From: Candidatus Heimdallarchaeum aukensis
GTDB taxonomy: Archaea > Asgardarchaeota > Heimdallarchaeia > Heimdallarchaeales > Heimdallarchaeaceae
Reading direction: 5' to 3'
DNA length: 64,000 nt
Assembly (NCBI GenBank): GCA_021513695.1
Contig: CP084166.1
Span: forward strand, 1,792,001 to 1,856,000
The notes beneath the pieces are model-generated. The model was not told where the DNA came from. It saw only the letters and a list, made by a program, of their open reading frames with translations, and did no database searches. Of the stretch, positions 1 through 10,048 are shown piece by piece. Numbering within the stretch: the first letter of the stretch is position 1; every line of letters begins with the position of its first letter. The position numbers and the translations under genes are program-made.

Positions 1-40
1 AATAGAAGAAACAGAAACAAAATATCTATCGCTACTGAAT

Positions 41-541
41 GTGCTAAGCTTTATAGTAGAAACTGAAGAATTAAATTATAAAGAGTTAATTGGGAGGATA
101 GGAGAATTTCTAAAGAAAGCTCTTGGAATAAAGTGTGCAGCCCTTTTTATGACAGAGAAAGAAAACAAAAAAATTCTAAGAATGGAAGCAATAACAGGAT
201 ATGAAAAAATACCAGAAAAACTAAAAGAAGTAAGCCTAGAAGACGAAAAAGCAGTAGTAGCAAAGTGCGCTAGAGAAAAAAAGGCATTAAACATAGGAAA
301 CGTGAAAGAAATAGATTATTACTTAGGCATAAACGAGAAAATAAAAAGTGAGATAGCAATACCAATAATACACAAAGGAGAACTGCTAGGAGTACTAAAC
401 GCAAAAAGTGAAAGAGAAAATGCATTTTCAAAAACAGAGGAAAAATTGTTCCTTATTATAGGAGAATTAATAAGTTTTGCAAAATTAATAACGGACTTAA
501 GAGAAAAAAATAAAAAGAATAGAAATGAAGAAAAAGTTTAA
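41..541 (+). CDS. GAF-domain-like regulatory protein, possibly 5'-partial (GTG at 41; frame stays open back to the window edge)
   Basis: 166-aa ORF from the track. Alternating hydrophobic pattern and a 'HKGELLGVLN' segment resemble GAF-fold small-molecule-binding domains. The reading frame is open upstream to position 2, so the true start may lie outside the window. Confidence 0.4.
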   Translation: MLSFIVETEELNYKELIGRIGEFLKKALGIKCAALFMTEKENKKILRMEAITGYEKIPEKLKEVSLEDEKAVVAKCAREKKALNIGNVKEIDYYLGINEKIKSEIAIPIIHKGELLGVLNAKSERENAFSKTEEKLFLIIGELISFAKLITDLREKNKKNRNEEKV

Positions 542-626
542 AAAGAAAGCAAATAAGGAAAAAGTGGATAGGCCGAGAAAAACAAAAAAACAAATTTGTT
601 AGTTAGAAGGCCTGAAAACATAGTTG

Positions 627-740
627 GGAGCTATAGCTCAGCGGTCAGAGCGCACGGCTGATAAAGCAAAAAACCAGAAATGGTTTAAAATGCATTTAGA
701 AACCGTGAGGTCCCCAGTTCGATCCTGGGTAGCTCCACCA
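627..740 (+). tRNA. tRNA-Ile(GAU) with a roughly 38-nt intron at the canonical 37/38 position (about 664/665..702); 3' CCA encoded
   Basis: Cloverleaf folded by hand. Acceptor GGAGCUA/UAGCUCC, D-stem GCUC/GAGC, anticodon stem CACGG (653-657) pairing with CCGUG (703-707), loop CUGAUAA with anticodon GAU at 660-662, T-arm CCCAG-UUCGAUC-CUGGG, discriminator A, then CCA. The about 38 nt between the loop and the 3' anticodon-stem strand (agcaaaaaaccagaaatggtttaaaatgcatttagaa) is the intron. The 73-aa ORF at 624..845 overlaps the tRNA and is spurious. Confidence 0.75.
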
Positions 741-882
741 TTTTTAAAAAATTCGTTAGTTTTATGGGAGCGAAACTGCATTTTTCTATTTTTCATTTGT
801 TTAAATAGTCAAAACTTTTCGATTTATATAATTACTAGTAATTAGTTAACTTCTTTAACTGACGGTAATAATGTGATTGTAA

Positions 883-3330
883 ATGAGTACTGATAAGTTT
901 ATTAATCATCCTCTTCTTAAGCCTAACAAAGTTGAGCGTAGACTTTACCAGGAGACTATTTTTGCTTCTTGTTCCCGTGAGAATTCTTTAGTTATTCTTC
1001 CTACTGGTTTAGGTAAAACTATTATTTTTATTTTGCTTGTTGTTCATCGTCTTCAATTATTTCCTGATGGTAAAGTTATTCTTTGTGCTCCTACTAAACC
1101 TCTTTTGGACCAACATGAGCGTACTCTTAAGGATCTTCTAAATATTCCAGAGGATTCTATTATTCAATTATCTGGTCAGATTGACCCTGACAAACGTTCT
1201 TCTCTTTGGGATTCAGGTAAAATTTTTGTTTGTACTCCTCAAACTCTTCAAAATGATATTGTTCAAAAGCGTGTTTCTTTATCTGAAGTTGTTTTTCTTG
1301 GTATTGATGAGGCTCATAAAGCTGTTGGCGATCACAGTTATGTTTTTGTTGTTGACCAGTACATGAAACTTTCTCGTAATCCCTTAGTCTTGGGTATTAC
1401 TGCTAGTCCTGGAGCTGACCTCGACAAGATTCAACAGATTAAGGATAATCTTAAAGTTTCCAATATTGAGATTCGTGATGATTCTTCTCGTGATGTTAAG
1501 CCTTATATTCATTCTATTGACGAAGTTTGGGAAAGAGTTCAATTACCTTCTGAGTTTGCTTTTATTTTGAAAACTTTAAATGGTATGTTTAAATCTATTT
1601 TAATTGAGTTAAAAGAACTTGGTATTATTAGTTCTTCTAATCCTTCTGATTATCCTCGCCGAAAATTGTTAGGATTAAAGGAGATCATCAATCAGAAGTA
1701 TAGCAATCAGGTTGACAGTTCTTCTCGCTCTGAATACTTTAAGGCTATGGGGCTAGCAGGTAATTCTATCCGTTTATCTCATGCTATAGAATTAATTGAG
1801 ACTCAAGGCGTTCCTTCTTTATCTAAGTATTTTGAGTCTCAGATTAATGATCTTCGTATGGGGAAAGGTAGTCAAACTCTTCGTAACTTAATTTTTTCTG
1901 ATGAGATTCAACGAGTCTTAAAAGCTTTACATAAGCTTGAAGAAGATAATATTATTCATCCTAAGATTTCAAAGTTAAAAGAATTAGTTGAAACTGAAGT
2001 TCGTTTCAATCCTGATAATAGAATTCTTGTTTTTGCTCATTATCGTGTTACAGCTAAGGTTATTGCCAAAGAATTGGAGAAGATTGATGGAGTTAGAGTT
2101 CATTGGTTTGTTGGTCAATCTTCTGTCCGAGACAAAGGTCTTTCTCAGAAGGAACAGATCGAGATTATGCAAGCTTTTCGTCGTGGAGATTATAATGTTC
2201 TTGTTTCCACCAGTGTTGCCGAGGAAGGTCTTGACATTGGTGAATGTGAGCTCGTTATCTTTTATGACTCTGTACCTAGTGCCATTAGATTGATTCAAAG
2301 AAAGGGTCGAACAGGCAGAAGGAAAAAAGGTAAAGTTATTTTGCTTATTGCTGAAGGAACAAGAGATGAGGGCTATTTTTGGGCTTCCAAGCGTCAGCTT
2401 AAAAAGATGAAGGGTATTGTTAATGAATTACAGAATAACAAACAATCTGATAAACAAAGAGATTTAACTGAATTCTTTGCTGATTCAGTTAGCGATACTG
2501 AACCTACTGTTTCTTCAGAGTCAAAAATCCATAAGGATTTGAATAAAGAAGTTGAAAGCACCAAACCTAAATCTGTAGTAGATGTTCCTAAAGGTGACCA
2601 GGTTTCAATCATCGTTGATTCTAGGGAAAAGAATTCAACTATTGTTAAGCATTTAATTAATAAAGGTGTCAGTATTTCCTTTTCTAAACTTGATTTTGGT
2701 GATTATGTTTGTTCTGACCACGTAATAATTGAGAGGAAGGAAAAATCCGATTTTATTAATTCTATTATGGACAAGAGATTATTCAGTCAAGTTAAACAGC
2801 TTGTTGAAGTTTGTTCTAATCCCATTATTATTCTTGAAGGCGATTTTAGCATTTTCAAGACTTCTCTTCATCCTCATGCTACTGCAGGAGCAATAGCTTC
2901 AATTGCTACTGATTTCAAGATTCCTATTATTTATACTAATAACCAAGAAGAGACTGCAGAGATTCTTTATGCTATTGCTAAGAGAGAACAAATAGAAAGG
3001 AAAAGGTCAATTTCTATCAACATGAAGAAAGGTATTGGCTTGAAACATCAATTAGAACAAACTTTAACCACCTTTCCTAACGTCGACTATAGGATAGCCA
3101 AAAGAATCTTAAAGAAGTTTGGAAGTTTGAAACAAGTTGTTAATGCTAAAAGAGAAGAATTTATTGAGGTTCAAGGTATTGGAGAAAAGATTGCTGACGA
3201 GTTAATTGAATATATTTATAGCGATTATAATGAAATAGAAACGGGAGAGGGTATTGGAGAAACTATTGAAAACATTGAGTGGCTGAAAAAAGAACTTGAG
3301 AAGAAAAAAAAGAGTAAAGGTGCCAAATAG
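883..3330 (+). CDS. hef: Hef helicase-nuclease (long archaeal XPF: DEAH-box helicase N-terminus, ERCC4/XPF nuclease plus HhH2 C-terminus)
   Basis: 815 aa. Walker A 'PTGLGKT', DEAH box 'GIDEAHKAVG', helicase C motifs 'VSTSVAEEGLDIGECELVIFYD' and 'QRKGRTGR'. C-terminal 'IVDSREKNS...ERKEKSDFINSIMDKRLFSQ' matches the ERCC4 nuclease signature, followed by helix-hairpin-helix repeats. Confidence 0.8.
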   Translation: MSTDKFINHPLLKPNKVERRLYQETIFASCSRENSLVILPTGLGKTIIFILLVVHRLQLFPDGKVILCAPTKPLLDQHERTLKDLLNIPEDSIIQLSGQIDPDKRSSLWDSGKIFVCTPQTLQNDIVQKRVSLSEVVFLGIDEAHKAVGDHSYVFVVDQYMKLSRNPLVLGITASPGADLDKIQQIKDNLKVSNIEIRDDSSRDVKPYIHSIDEVWERVQLPSEFAFILKTLNGMFKSILIELKELGIISSSNPSDYPRRKLLGLKEIINQKYSNQVDSSSRSEYFKAMGLAGNSIRLSHAIELIETQGVPSLSKYFESQINDLRMGKGSQTLRNLIFSDEIQRVLKALHKLEEDNIIHPKISKLKELVETEVRFNPDNRILVFAHYRVTAKVIAKELEKIDGVRVHWFVGQSSVRDKGLSQKEQIEIMQAFRRGDYNVLVSTSVAEEGLDIGECELVIFYDSVPSAIRLIQRKGRTGRRKKGKVILLIAEGTRDEGYFWASKRQLKKMKGIVNELQNNKQSDKQRDLTEFFADSVSDTEPTVSSESKIHKDLNKEVESTKPKSVVDVPKGDQVSIIVDSREKNSTIVKHLINKGVSISFSKLDFGDYVCSDHVIIERKEKSDFINSIMDKRLFSQVKQLVEVCSNPIIILEGDFSIFKTSLHPHATAGAIASIATDFKIPIIYTNNQEETAEILYAIAKREQIERKRSISINMKKGIGLKHQLEQTLTTFPNVDYRIAKRILKKFGSLKQVVNAKREEFIEVQGIGEKIADELIEYIYSDYNEIETGEGIGETIENIEWLKKELEKKKKSKGAK

Positions 3331-3354
3331 TTTATTTTAGCCTTCAACTCTATA

Positions 3355-4038
3355 TTATTCTACAATTGTCCCTACTTGCTCATTATTTAGTACTTTGAGG
3401 ATATTTTCAGGGTTTCTTCCGTTCACGAATGCTATTTTTTTCTTTGAACGTTTTAATATTTCACACCCTACTTTGTCAAAAAGGGCATAGTTTCCTGGTT
3501 CTTCTTCTTGTTTTATAATTATTGAATAGAATTCATCCATTGTGAGCTTATCAAATGCTTTCGCGTCTGAATATTTATCTGGATCTTTGTCATATACTTT
3601 TTCCACATCACTTAAATTTATTACAATATCTGCTTCCCACAGTTCTGCTAATAGAGCTGATACAGCATTTGTTGATTGTCCAGGTTGTAAACCCCCCGAA
3701 ACAACTATTTTATTTGTCGACAATGCCTTTAATGCTTCATCAAATGATCTTGGGACTGCCCCATATGCATGATTTTTTAGCGCAGATATAAATAGCAGTG
3801 CATGCATTCGCGAAGCTTCTACTCCCAGTAAATCTTGATAGGTGAAATTTCCTCCTATTTTTCTGCTTACTTTAATTATCTTTCTTGCTAGTTTACCTCC
3901 TCCAACAACGATCAATATTTGATAACCCTTATCTATTAACTTGTTAATAACTTCAAGATAATTCTCTATTAGTTCAGTGTTCAATTCACCATCTTGATTA
4001 TAAAGTAAAGACCCACCTATTTTCAAAACTACTTTCAT
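3355..4038 (-). CDS. pyrH: UMP kinase (archaeal PyrH, amino-acid-kinase fold)
   Basis: 227 aa. Begins 'MKVVLKIGGSLL'; 'LIVVGGGKLAR' and 'VVSGGLQPGQSTNAVSALLAE' motifs typical of archaeal uridylate kinase. Confidence 0.8.
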   Translation of the reverse strand: MKVVLKIGGSLLYNQDGELNTELIENYLEVINKLIDKGYQILIVVGGGKLARKIIKVSRKIGGNFTYQDLLGVEASRMHALLFISALKNHAYGAVPRSFDEALKALSTNKIVVSGGLQPGQSTNAVSALLAELWEADIVINLSDVEKVYDKDPDKYSDAKAFDKLTMDEFYSIIIKQEEEPGNYALFDKVGCEILKRSKKKIAFVNGRNPENILKVLNNEQVGTIVE

Positions 4039-4156
4039 TTTTTCTTCAATTTAGCTAATATGGCTCTCTAAATAAGTTTTTGCCAATGAAACTATAAAGA
4101 ATAACAAAAAGTAAATCTTATATTAAGTTATCATTCAATCGCTTGAGGAAAGAAAT

Positions 4157-5470
4157 ATGGATTTTAAAAATCGTACACAAATAGCAAATATTTTTACTAG
4201 TGATCCAGAGACTGTTACTATTGCAGGTTGGGTTCAACAGGTAAGGAATTTAGGGGGATTAAAATTTATTCAATTACAAGATCGCTCTGGTCTTGTTCAG
4301 ATAGTTCTCCCAAAAAAGAAAGTTTCACCTGAAATTTTCACTATAGACTATCAAGAAGGCGATATTCTTTTAGTTCAAGGTAAAGTTGTCACCAACAATT
4401 CTGCTCCTAAAGGGAAAGAAATCCTTCCCTCAACCATTGACATTGTAAATAAGCGACAGCAAGAGTATCCTATTGCTATTGACGACAAAATTAACACCAA
4501 TATTGATAAAAGATTAGATTATAGGTATTTAGACTTAAGAAATAGAAGTGTAGCTCAAATATTTGAAATTGAGAGTGCTGTAGCTTATGCATTCCAAGAA
4601 TTCTTTCATAAAAACAATTTCCTACAGTTTTTCTCAAGTAAAATTGTAGGTTCTGCAACAGAAAGTGGAGCTAATGTATTTGAGATAGGATATTTTGGAA
4701 GAAAAGCTTACTTAGCTCAATCACCCCAATTTTATAAACAGATGATGCTTGTTTCTGGCTTTGAGAAAGTTTTCGAAATCGGTCCCGTTTTCCGTGCAGA
4801 AAAACATCATACCTCCCGTCATTTGTGTGAATATACTTCAATTGACTTTGAAATTGCATATATTTCTGATCAAAAAGATGTAATGAAAGTTTTACAAGAA
4901 GCCATTATGTATACTTTAGATAAAGTTAGAAAAGAAAAAGCTGATTCTTTAGAAGAATTAGGCGTTATTATAGAAAAACAACCAAAACAGTGGCCAATAC
5001 TTTCTCACCAAGAAATTCATGAGATATTAGAAAATGAAGGAAAGGAATTGGGAGAATACGAAGATTTGGATGCCGAAGCAGAAAAGATTCTCGGAGAATA
5101 TGTAAAAGAAAAATATAACTCAGATTTTGTTTTTGCCGATGAATATCCCTGGGAAGTTAGGCCCTTTTACACAATGAAAAAAGAAGATAATGATAATCTA
5201 ACAAAATCATTTGACCTACTCTATAAAGGACAAGAACTAACTACTGGAGGACAAAGAGAGCATAGAGCAGATATTTTAGAAAAACAAGCAGAAGAAAAAG
5301 GATTCAAGAAAGAAGAGGTTGCAAGCTATATACAATTCTTCAGAAATGGAACACCACCTCATGGAGGATCTGGAACAGGAATTGAGCGCTTTGTTCAAAA
5401 ATTACTTAATTTACCAAATATCCGAGAAGCAAGATTACTTCCAAGAGATCCAACAAGGGTTCACCCTTAA
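4157..5470 (+). CDS. aspS: Aspartyl-tRNA synthetase, archaeal/eukaryal class IIb type (could be non-discriminating)
   Basis: 437 aa. N-terminal OB fold 'GWVQQVRNLGGLKFIQLQDRSG'; class II motifs 'FRAEKHHTSRHLCEYTSIDFE', 'QSPQFYKQ', 'GGSGTGIERFV'. The C-terminal '...LPNIREARLLPRDPTRVHP' resembles the AspRS tail more than the AsnRS tail. Confidence 0.7.
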   Translation: MDFKNRTQIANIFTSDPETVTIAGWVQQVRNLGGLKFIQLQDRSGLVQIVLPKKKVSPEIFTIDYQEGDILLVQGKVVTNNSAPKGKEILPSTIDIVNKRQQEYPIAIDDKINTNIDKRLDYRYLDLRNRSVAQIFEIESAVAYAFQEFFHKNNFLQFFSSKIVGSATESGANVFEIGYFGRKAYLAQSPQFYKQMMLVSGFEKVFEIGPVFRAEKHHTSRHLCEYTSIDFEIAYISDQKDVMKVLQEAIMYTLDKVRKEKADSLEELGVIIEKQPKQWPILSHQEIHEILENEGKELGEYEDLDAEAEKILGEYVKEKYNSDFVFADEYPWEVRPFYTMKKEDNDNLTKSFDLLYKGQELTTGGQREHRADILEKQAEEKGFKKEEVASYIQFFRNGTPPHGGSGTGIERFVQKLLNLPNIREARLLPRDPTRVHP

Positions 5471-5500
5471 TTTTCTTGTATTTTAAAAAAAAATTATTGG
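5471..5500 (+). terminator. T-rich tract downstream of aspS, a candidate archaeal oligo-T terminator
   Basis: 'ttttcttgtatttt' lies immediately after the aspS stop. Archaeal RNAP terminates at oligo-dT runs. Confidence 0.25.
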
Positions 5501-6879
5501 AAACTTTCTATTGTTTCCTTTATAGTTTTTTTACCTTCTTTCAACAGTTTTTCGGCTTCATCCATTGTATTCGCTTCAACAAAGATTCTAAAGATAGGTT
5601 CTGTTCCAGAAGGGCGGATCAACATCCATCCATTATCATAAATTGCCTTTAGTCCATCAATGGTGATTAATTCTGTGTAACCTTTAACCCTCGAACTAAT
5701 AGCATCTAACACGTTACTTTTTAGATTATTGGGACATTCTACTTTATCCTTTAATTGAGCATATTGCGGGAGTTCATTCATTAATTCACTTAGTGTAGAA
5801 GATGAAATTGATAAGATATTTGCCATTAGAGCGCCAGCCATTGCTCCATCCCTTACTGGAACATGAGGAGAATAAAAAAGCCCACCATTTTCTTCTCCAC
5901 CTAGGATTGCATTAAGCTTTTGCATCGTTCTTGAAACGTAAATACACCCAACTTTTGTCCACTCAACTTTCCCTCCTATTTCTTCCGCAATATCTGTTAC
6001 CACGGAAGATGAACTAACAGGAGTCACAAAAAGTTTGTTTTGTTCATTTTGTAAAATCATTTTCTCAAAAATGGCTATAGATCTATCTCCCCAATAAACA
6101 ACACCTCGTTCATCACCAAATATTGCTCGATCAGCATCTCCATCATGAGCAATAGAGAAATCAGCATTAACACTTTTTGCTGTTTTTGCCATCTCAGTAA
6201 GTAATTGCGGTGAAGGTTCAGAACCTCTCCCGGGAAAATGTCCATCAAGAGTAGTATTTATGGAAAAAACTTTCATTCCTAATTCTTTAAATAAATAAGG
6301 AGTTACTAAACTTCCTACACCATTTCCACCATCAACAACAACTTTCATCTTTTTCTTTGATATCTTATCAACATCAACAAAACTAATTATTTGATCAATA
6401 TATTCATCTATCATATTAATTTCAGTAACCTCACCCAACTTTGTCCAGTCGCTAGAATAAAAATCACCCTCCTCTAGTTTTTTTTCTACTTTTATTTGAT
6501 CTTCGACACTTAATTCAACACCATCATTAGAAATAACTTTTAATCCATTAAACTGGGGAGGATTGTGACTCGCTGTAATCATTATACCAAGTTTAGATCT
6601 TAATTTTCTTACAGCAAATTGTGTTAAAGGAGTTGGAACTAATCCCAAATCTATTACATCAACTCCACTAGACAATAATGTAGAAATAACCGCATATTTG
6701 ATGAAAGGGCTACTAGTTCTTGCATCAGAACCTACAACTACAACTCCTTTATTTTCAATAAAAGATGAAATTGCAGATGTGAGTTTATTTACGAAAGAAT
6801 TTGTTATGAGTTCACCTACTATCCCTCGAACTCCATTAGTACCAAAATATTTACGCTCCGTCATTTCTAATTTTAACAC
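5494..6879 (-). CDS. Phosphohexomutase of the PGM/PMM/GlmM family (paralog 1)
   Basis: 461 aa. Active-site serine loop 'TASHNPPQFNGLKV', N-terminal 'GTNGVRG', sugar-binding 'GEENGG'. Phosphoglucosamine mutase and phosphomanno/glucomutase cannot be told apart from sequence alone. Confidence 0.7.
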   Translation of the reverse strand: MLKLEMTERKYFGTNGVRGIVGELITNSFVNKLTSAISSFIENKGVVVVGSDARTSSPFIKYAVISTLLSSGVDVIDLGLVPTPLTQFAVRKLRSKLGIMITASHNPPQFNGLKVISNDGVELSVEDQIKVEKKLEEGDFYSSDWTKLGEVTEINMIDEYIDQIISFVDVDKISKKKMKVVVDGGNGVGSLVTPYLFKELGMKVFSINTTLDGHFPGRGSEPSPQLLTEMAKTAKSVNADFSIAHDGDADRAIFGDERGVVYWGDRSIAIFEKMILQNEQNKLFVTPVSSSSVVTDIAEEIGGKVEWTKVGCIYVSRTMQKLNAILGGEENGGLFYSPHVPVRDGAMAGALMANILSISSSTLSELMNELPQYAQLKDKVECPNNLKSNVLDAISSRVKGYTELITIDGLKAIYDNGWMLIRPSGTEPIFRIFVEANTMDEAEKLLKEGKKTIKETIESFQ

Positions 6880-7229
6880 TAATTGCCTTTTATGTGTTTT
6901 TCTATAATTAAATCAATTTGAAGCTTCAAGAACAATATTTTTTTAATTTAGTAAATGCGTTTAACGATGCAATCCGATAATAGTTTTTTAACAGTTCTCA
7001 ACTCTTAATTCCCTCTAACTAGAAATAAACTATATACATTTACCATAAAACTGGGTTATTACAACGTATTTAACAATATTACACCTTTTTTACGAGTTTT
7101 CATAAGTTTTCAGTATAATTCCCTCAATTTCTCCTATTTCCAATTTCTTTATTTTTTTTCGTTTTAATAAAAGAATACTTGAAAATTTTAACAGAAAGAG
7201 ATATTATTTAACACAAACATATCTAAATC

Positions 7230-7922
7230 ATGCAAAATTTGCTTAAAGACACAACATCTTCAGCTAAAACGCCATTAATGTGTGCAAAAGACTTATCCTT
7301 TGGCTATAAGAAAAATAACCCTGTCATAAAACAGCTCTCCCTTAAGGTCCACAAAGGAGAAATCATAGGAATCAGCGGAGAAAATGGTTCTGGAAAATCT
7401 ACTCTCCTTAAATTACTTGTTGGTCTTTTAAAACCTCAAAAGGGAGAAATCACTCTCCATGGAAAACTTGGATATTCACCACAAGATATTCTCTTATTTG
7501 ATAATTTGACAGTAATGGAAAATTTTATGGTATTCGGAAAAGGTTTAAACCTAAATGAGCAAGAAATTCGTGAGCAAGCAAAAGACATTATGGAACGTTT
7601 AAAATTCACCCAATATGAGAACACTCTCGTGAAAAATTTGAGTGGAGGGACTGCACAAAAAACAAATTTTGGTATAGCTTTACTCGGGAATCCTGATATG
7701 CTTATTCTTGATGAACCATACCAAGGAATGGATTATTCATCGTTCACTGCGTTTTGGGAGATACAATTCGATATGCGAAAACAAGGAAAAGCAATCATTA
7801 TTGTTAGTCACTTAATAGAAGATAAAGAAAAGTTTACACATTCACTTCATCTTATTAACGGAAAGTTACAAGCATGTACAAAAGAAGATTGCCCCGTGTG
7901 CTGTGAGGGGACATCATGCTAA
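7230..7922 (+). CDS. ABC transporter ATP-binding protein
   Basis: 230 aa. Walker A 'GENGSGKST', ABC signature 'LSGGTAQK', Walker B 'LILDEP', H-loop 'VSHL'. Unusual C-terminal Cys cluster 'CTKEDCPVCCEGTSC'. The start may be the internal Met at 7278 (MCAKDLSFGY). Confidence 0.75.
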   Translation: MQNLLKDTTSSAKTPLMCAKDLSFGYKKNNPVIKQLSLKVHKGEIIGISGENGSGKSTLLKLLVGLLKPQKGEITLHGKLGYSPQDILLFDNLTVMENFMVFGKGLNLNEQEIREQAKDIMERLKFTQYENTLVKNLSGGTAQKTNFGIALLGNPDMLILDEPYQGMDYSSFTAFWEIQFDMRKQGKAIIIVSHLIEDKEKFTHSLHLINGKLQACTKEDCPVCCEGTSC

Positions 7923-8671
7923 AACGTGGGTTCTTTCTAACGGGTTTTACTCTAAAATCCTTACTTCGAAATAAAACCATTGTATTCAGTTCATTAATTC
8001 TTCCTATTCTAACTTTACTGTCAACTTGGTGGGTTACAGTAGATGAGCTAATGTCATTTGAATTGCAAAATAATGAACAACTCTACCAAAGCATGAAAGA
8101 TGTACATATTCTCACAGGAGCGCTCACTGCGGTCGCAATCACATCGGGAATTATTAGTTACATTTTAACTGTGGAAAATAACATGATTTCTCCACGTCTA
8201 AAAATCACAGGATACACACAACTAGAAATCAGTCTTAGTCTTTTAGTTTCAATTTTTACCATTCTCTCTCTTGCAAATATCAGCACCTTTCTCTTATCGC
8301 TTCTCCTCTTCTGGCCAAAAAATCCAGCCGGAGTCCTCGTTGCCATATTGTTTACAACCATCATTTACACCGTTTTTGGTTTCTTTATCGGTTTTTATTT
8401 CACAAAAATTATGGAAGGAACACTTATTGTCCTCATTTTTTCATTCATTGACTTAATGATGATAAGTAATCCTATGGGTGGAGAGATATACTTGAAACCA
8501 TGGACAAAATTCTTTCCAGGGTTCTGGCCAACGCAAATTGTTCTTCACGCAGGGTTTTTGGATGACCCATTCTATTACTGGGGACCAATACTATGGACAC
8601 TGGCTATTTCTCTCGTGCTTCTGATCATCCCACAACTAAAATCGCTGTTATATAACAAAGGAGGCCATTAA
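7916..8671 (+). CDS. Polytopic membrane protein, probable ABC-2 type permease partner
   Basis: 251 aa with about six hydrophobic segments. Overlaps the ABC ATPase stop by 7 nt, consistent with translational coupling. Confidence 0.45.
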   Translation: MLKRGFFLTGFTLKSLLRNKTIVFSSLILPILTLLSTWWVTVDELMSFELQNNEQLYQSMKDVHILTGALTAVAITSGIISYILTVENNMISPRLKITGYTQLEISLSLLVSIFTILSLANISTFLLSLLLFWPKNPAGVLVAILFTTIIYTVFGFFIGFYFTKIMEGTLIVLIFSFIDLMMISNPMGGEIYLKPWTKFFPGFWPTQIVLHAGFLDDPFYYWGPILWTLAISLVLLIIPQLKSLLYNKGGH

Positions 8672-8672
8672 C

Positions 8673-9416
8673 ATGTCAAAAACTCTACTTTTATCTATTT
8701 ACAAGAATTTTTTACGAGAAAAAATTACAGTTCTAATCTTAGTTATTCTCCCTCTCATTTTGATTCTCACTGCAACAGCAACCGTTCCTGACCAGACTAC
8801 TATTGTCATTCTTGAAGGAAAAATTATTGACCCACAACCAAACGCAAAAGCACTTGCCGTCGTCGTGAACGCACTTACTGCAGTTGCAATGGTAACTTCG
8901 ATTACTGCATTCTTTGCAAATATACAGTTACGAAAAGTAAAACCAAGACTCGAGATAATGGGATACTCCTCTAGACAAATCTCTACAACATTCATTCTTT
9001 TTGCAACTGGAATCAGTATTCTTACATCAGTCGCTATCTATTCCTTAAGCCTAATTTGGTTTACCCCTTACAACAGTCTTGGATTTTTTTCAACCCTTAT
9101 CATTGGCTCACTTTTATTTTCTACAACAGGACTTGTTCTCTCAACCCTAATAAAATCTCGAGAACTTGGTTTATATCTCTTATTAACCATTGTTATACTT
9201 GATGTCGCTTTTCTGGAGCATCCCTTTTACTCAAGACAGTATGATAATTCAGCACTTATAGTTATGCCAGGACATTATGTGATACGAATGGTTTTTCGTG
9301 CAGCTTTTAAAACCGGAAAAATATGGATACAATATTTACCTCATGTTATACTCTATGAGCTTTTCCTTTTCCTCTTACTTATCCTCGTTACTAAATTAAC
9401 ATCTAAAAAAGGGTAA
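8673..9416 (+). CDS. Polytopic membrane protein, probable second ABC-2 permease
   Basis: 247 aa with about six hydrophobic segments. Starts 2 nt after the previous gene. Confidence 0.45.
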   Translation: MSKTLLLSIYKNFLREKITVLILVILPLILILTATATVPDQTTIVILEGKIIDPQPNAKALAVVVNALTAVAMVTSITAFFANIQLRKVKPRLEIMGYSSRQISTTFILFATGISILTSVAIYSLSLIWFTPYNSLGFFSTLIIGSLLFSTTGLVLSTLIKSRELGLYLLLTIVILDVAFLEHPFYSRQYDNSALIVMPGHYVIRMVFRAAFKTGKIWIQYLPHVILYELFLFLLLILVTKLTSKKG

Positions 9417-9780
9417 AATACAAAAAAATATCCAGTTTATTATCACAACAACTCTGCACAAAGAAAAGCCTAAATTTAACAAATTGGTCATCGGAATTCT
9501 ATAAAGTAATCTCGATTGAAAAGTTCTTCATTTTACTCACAAGACGCAACATTTATCACGACAATGATCAAACTGTCAACAAATTTGGACTATGGTCTTA
9601 AGCAAAAAAGAAGACTAACACCAAAATTTAAAAAGTTAATTTAAACTAAAAATCTATTTGAAAAACAATTAATGAAAGTGAAGTTTCAAGTAGCAAACAT
9701 ATTACGATTAAGTTATATCTAATAACTAAAAATATCTAGTGAGAAGGAGCGCCATATAACGAAATAAATAGTAAATTTGG

Positions 9781-9857
9781 GGCTGGATGGCCTAGTTTGG
9801 TAAGGCTCCAAGTTCGGGACTTGGTGATCGAGTGTTCAAATCACTCTCCAGCCACCA
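9781..9857 (+). tRNA. tRNA-Pro(CGG), intronless, 3' CCA encoded
   Basis: Acceptor GGCUGGA/UCCAGCC, D-stem GCCU/AGGC, anticodon stem CCAAG/CUUGG, loop UUCGGGA with anticodon CGG at 9815-9817, T-arm GAGUG-UUCAAAU-CACUC, discriminator A, then CCA. Confidence 0.8.
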
Positions 9858-10048
9858 CATCAAATTTGATTAAAAAATTAAAGTATAAATTGTATTCTTT
9901 ACTATTATTGTTGCTAAAAGCAGAAATCAGAATGTTGAAAATATGTTTACATAAGGAAGATTAAAGAATGATGAGTTACATTATTATTAGAGAATAAAAA
10001 AACGGTCGACTTAGCAAAACTAAGAAAATGTTTAGGGGATTCTATTAA

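Noticed and set aside
624-845. 73-aa ORF on the plus strand
   Set aside because: It lies directly over the intron-containing tRNA-Ile gene; its translation is an artefact of the tRNA sequence.
1181-2612. Several 60-100-aa ORFs inside and antisense to hef
   Set aside because: They are embedded in a gene with continuous helicase/nuclease motifs; alternative-frame noise in AT-rich DNA.
9960-10048. AUGAUGA C-box-like heptamer at about 9969 upstream of tfe
   Set aside because: There is no matching D box (CUGA) at the appropriate distance and no terminal stem, so it is not a convincing C/D sRNA.
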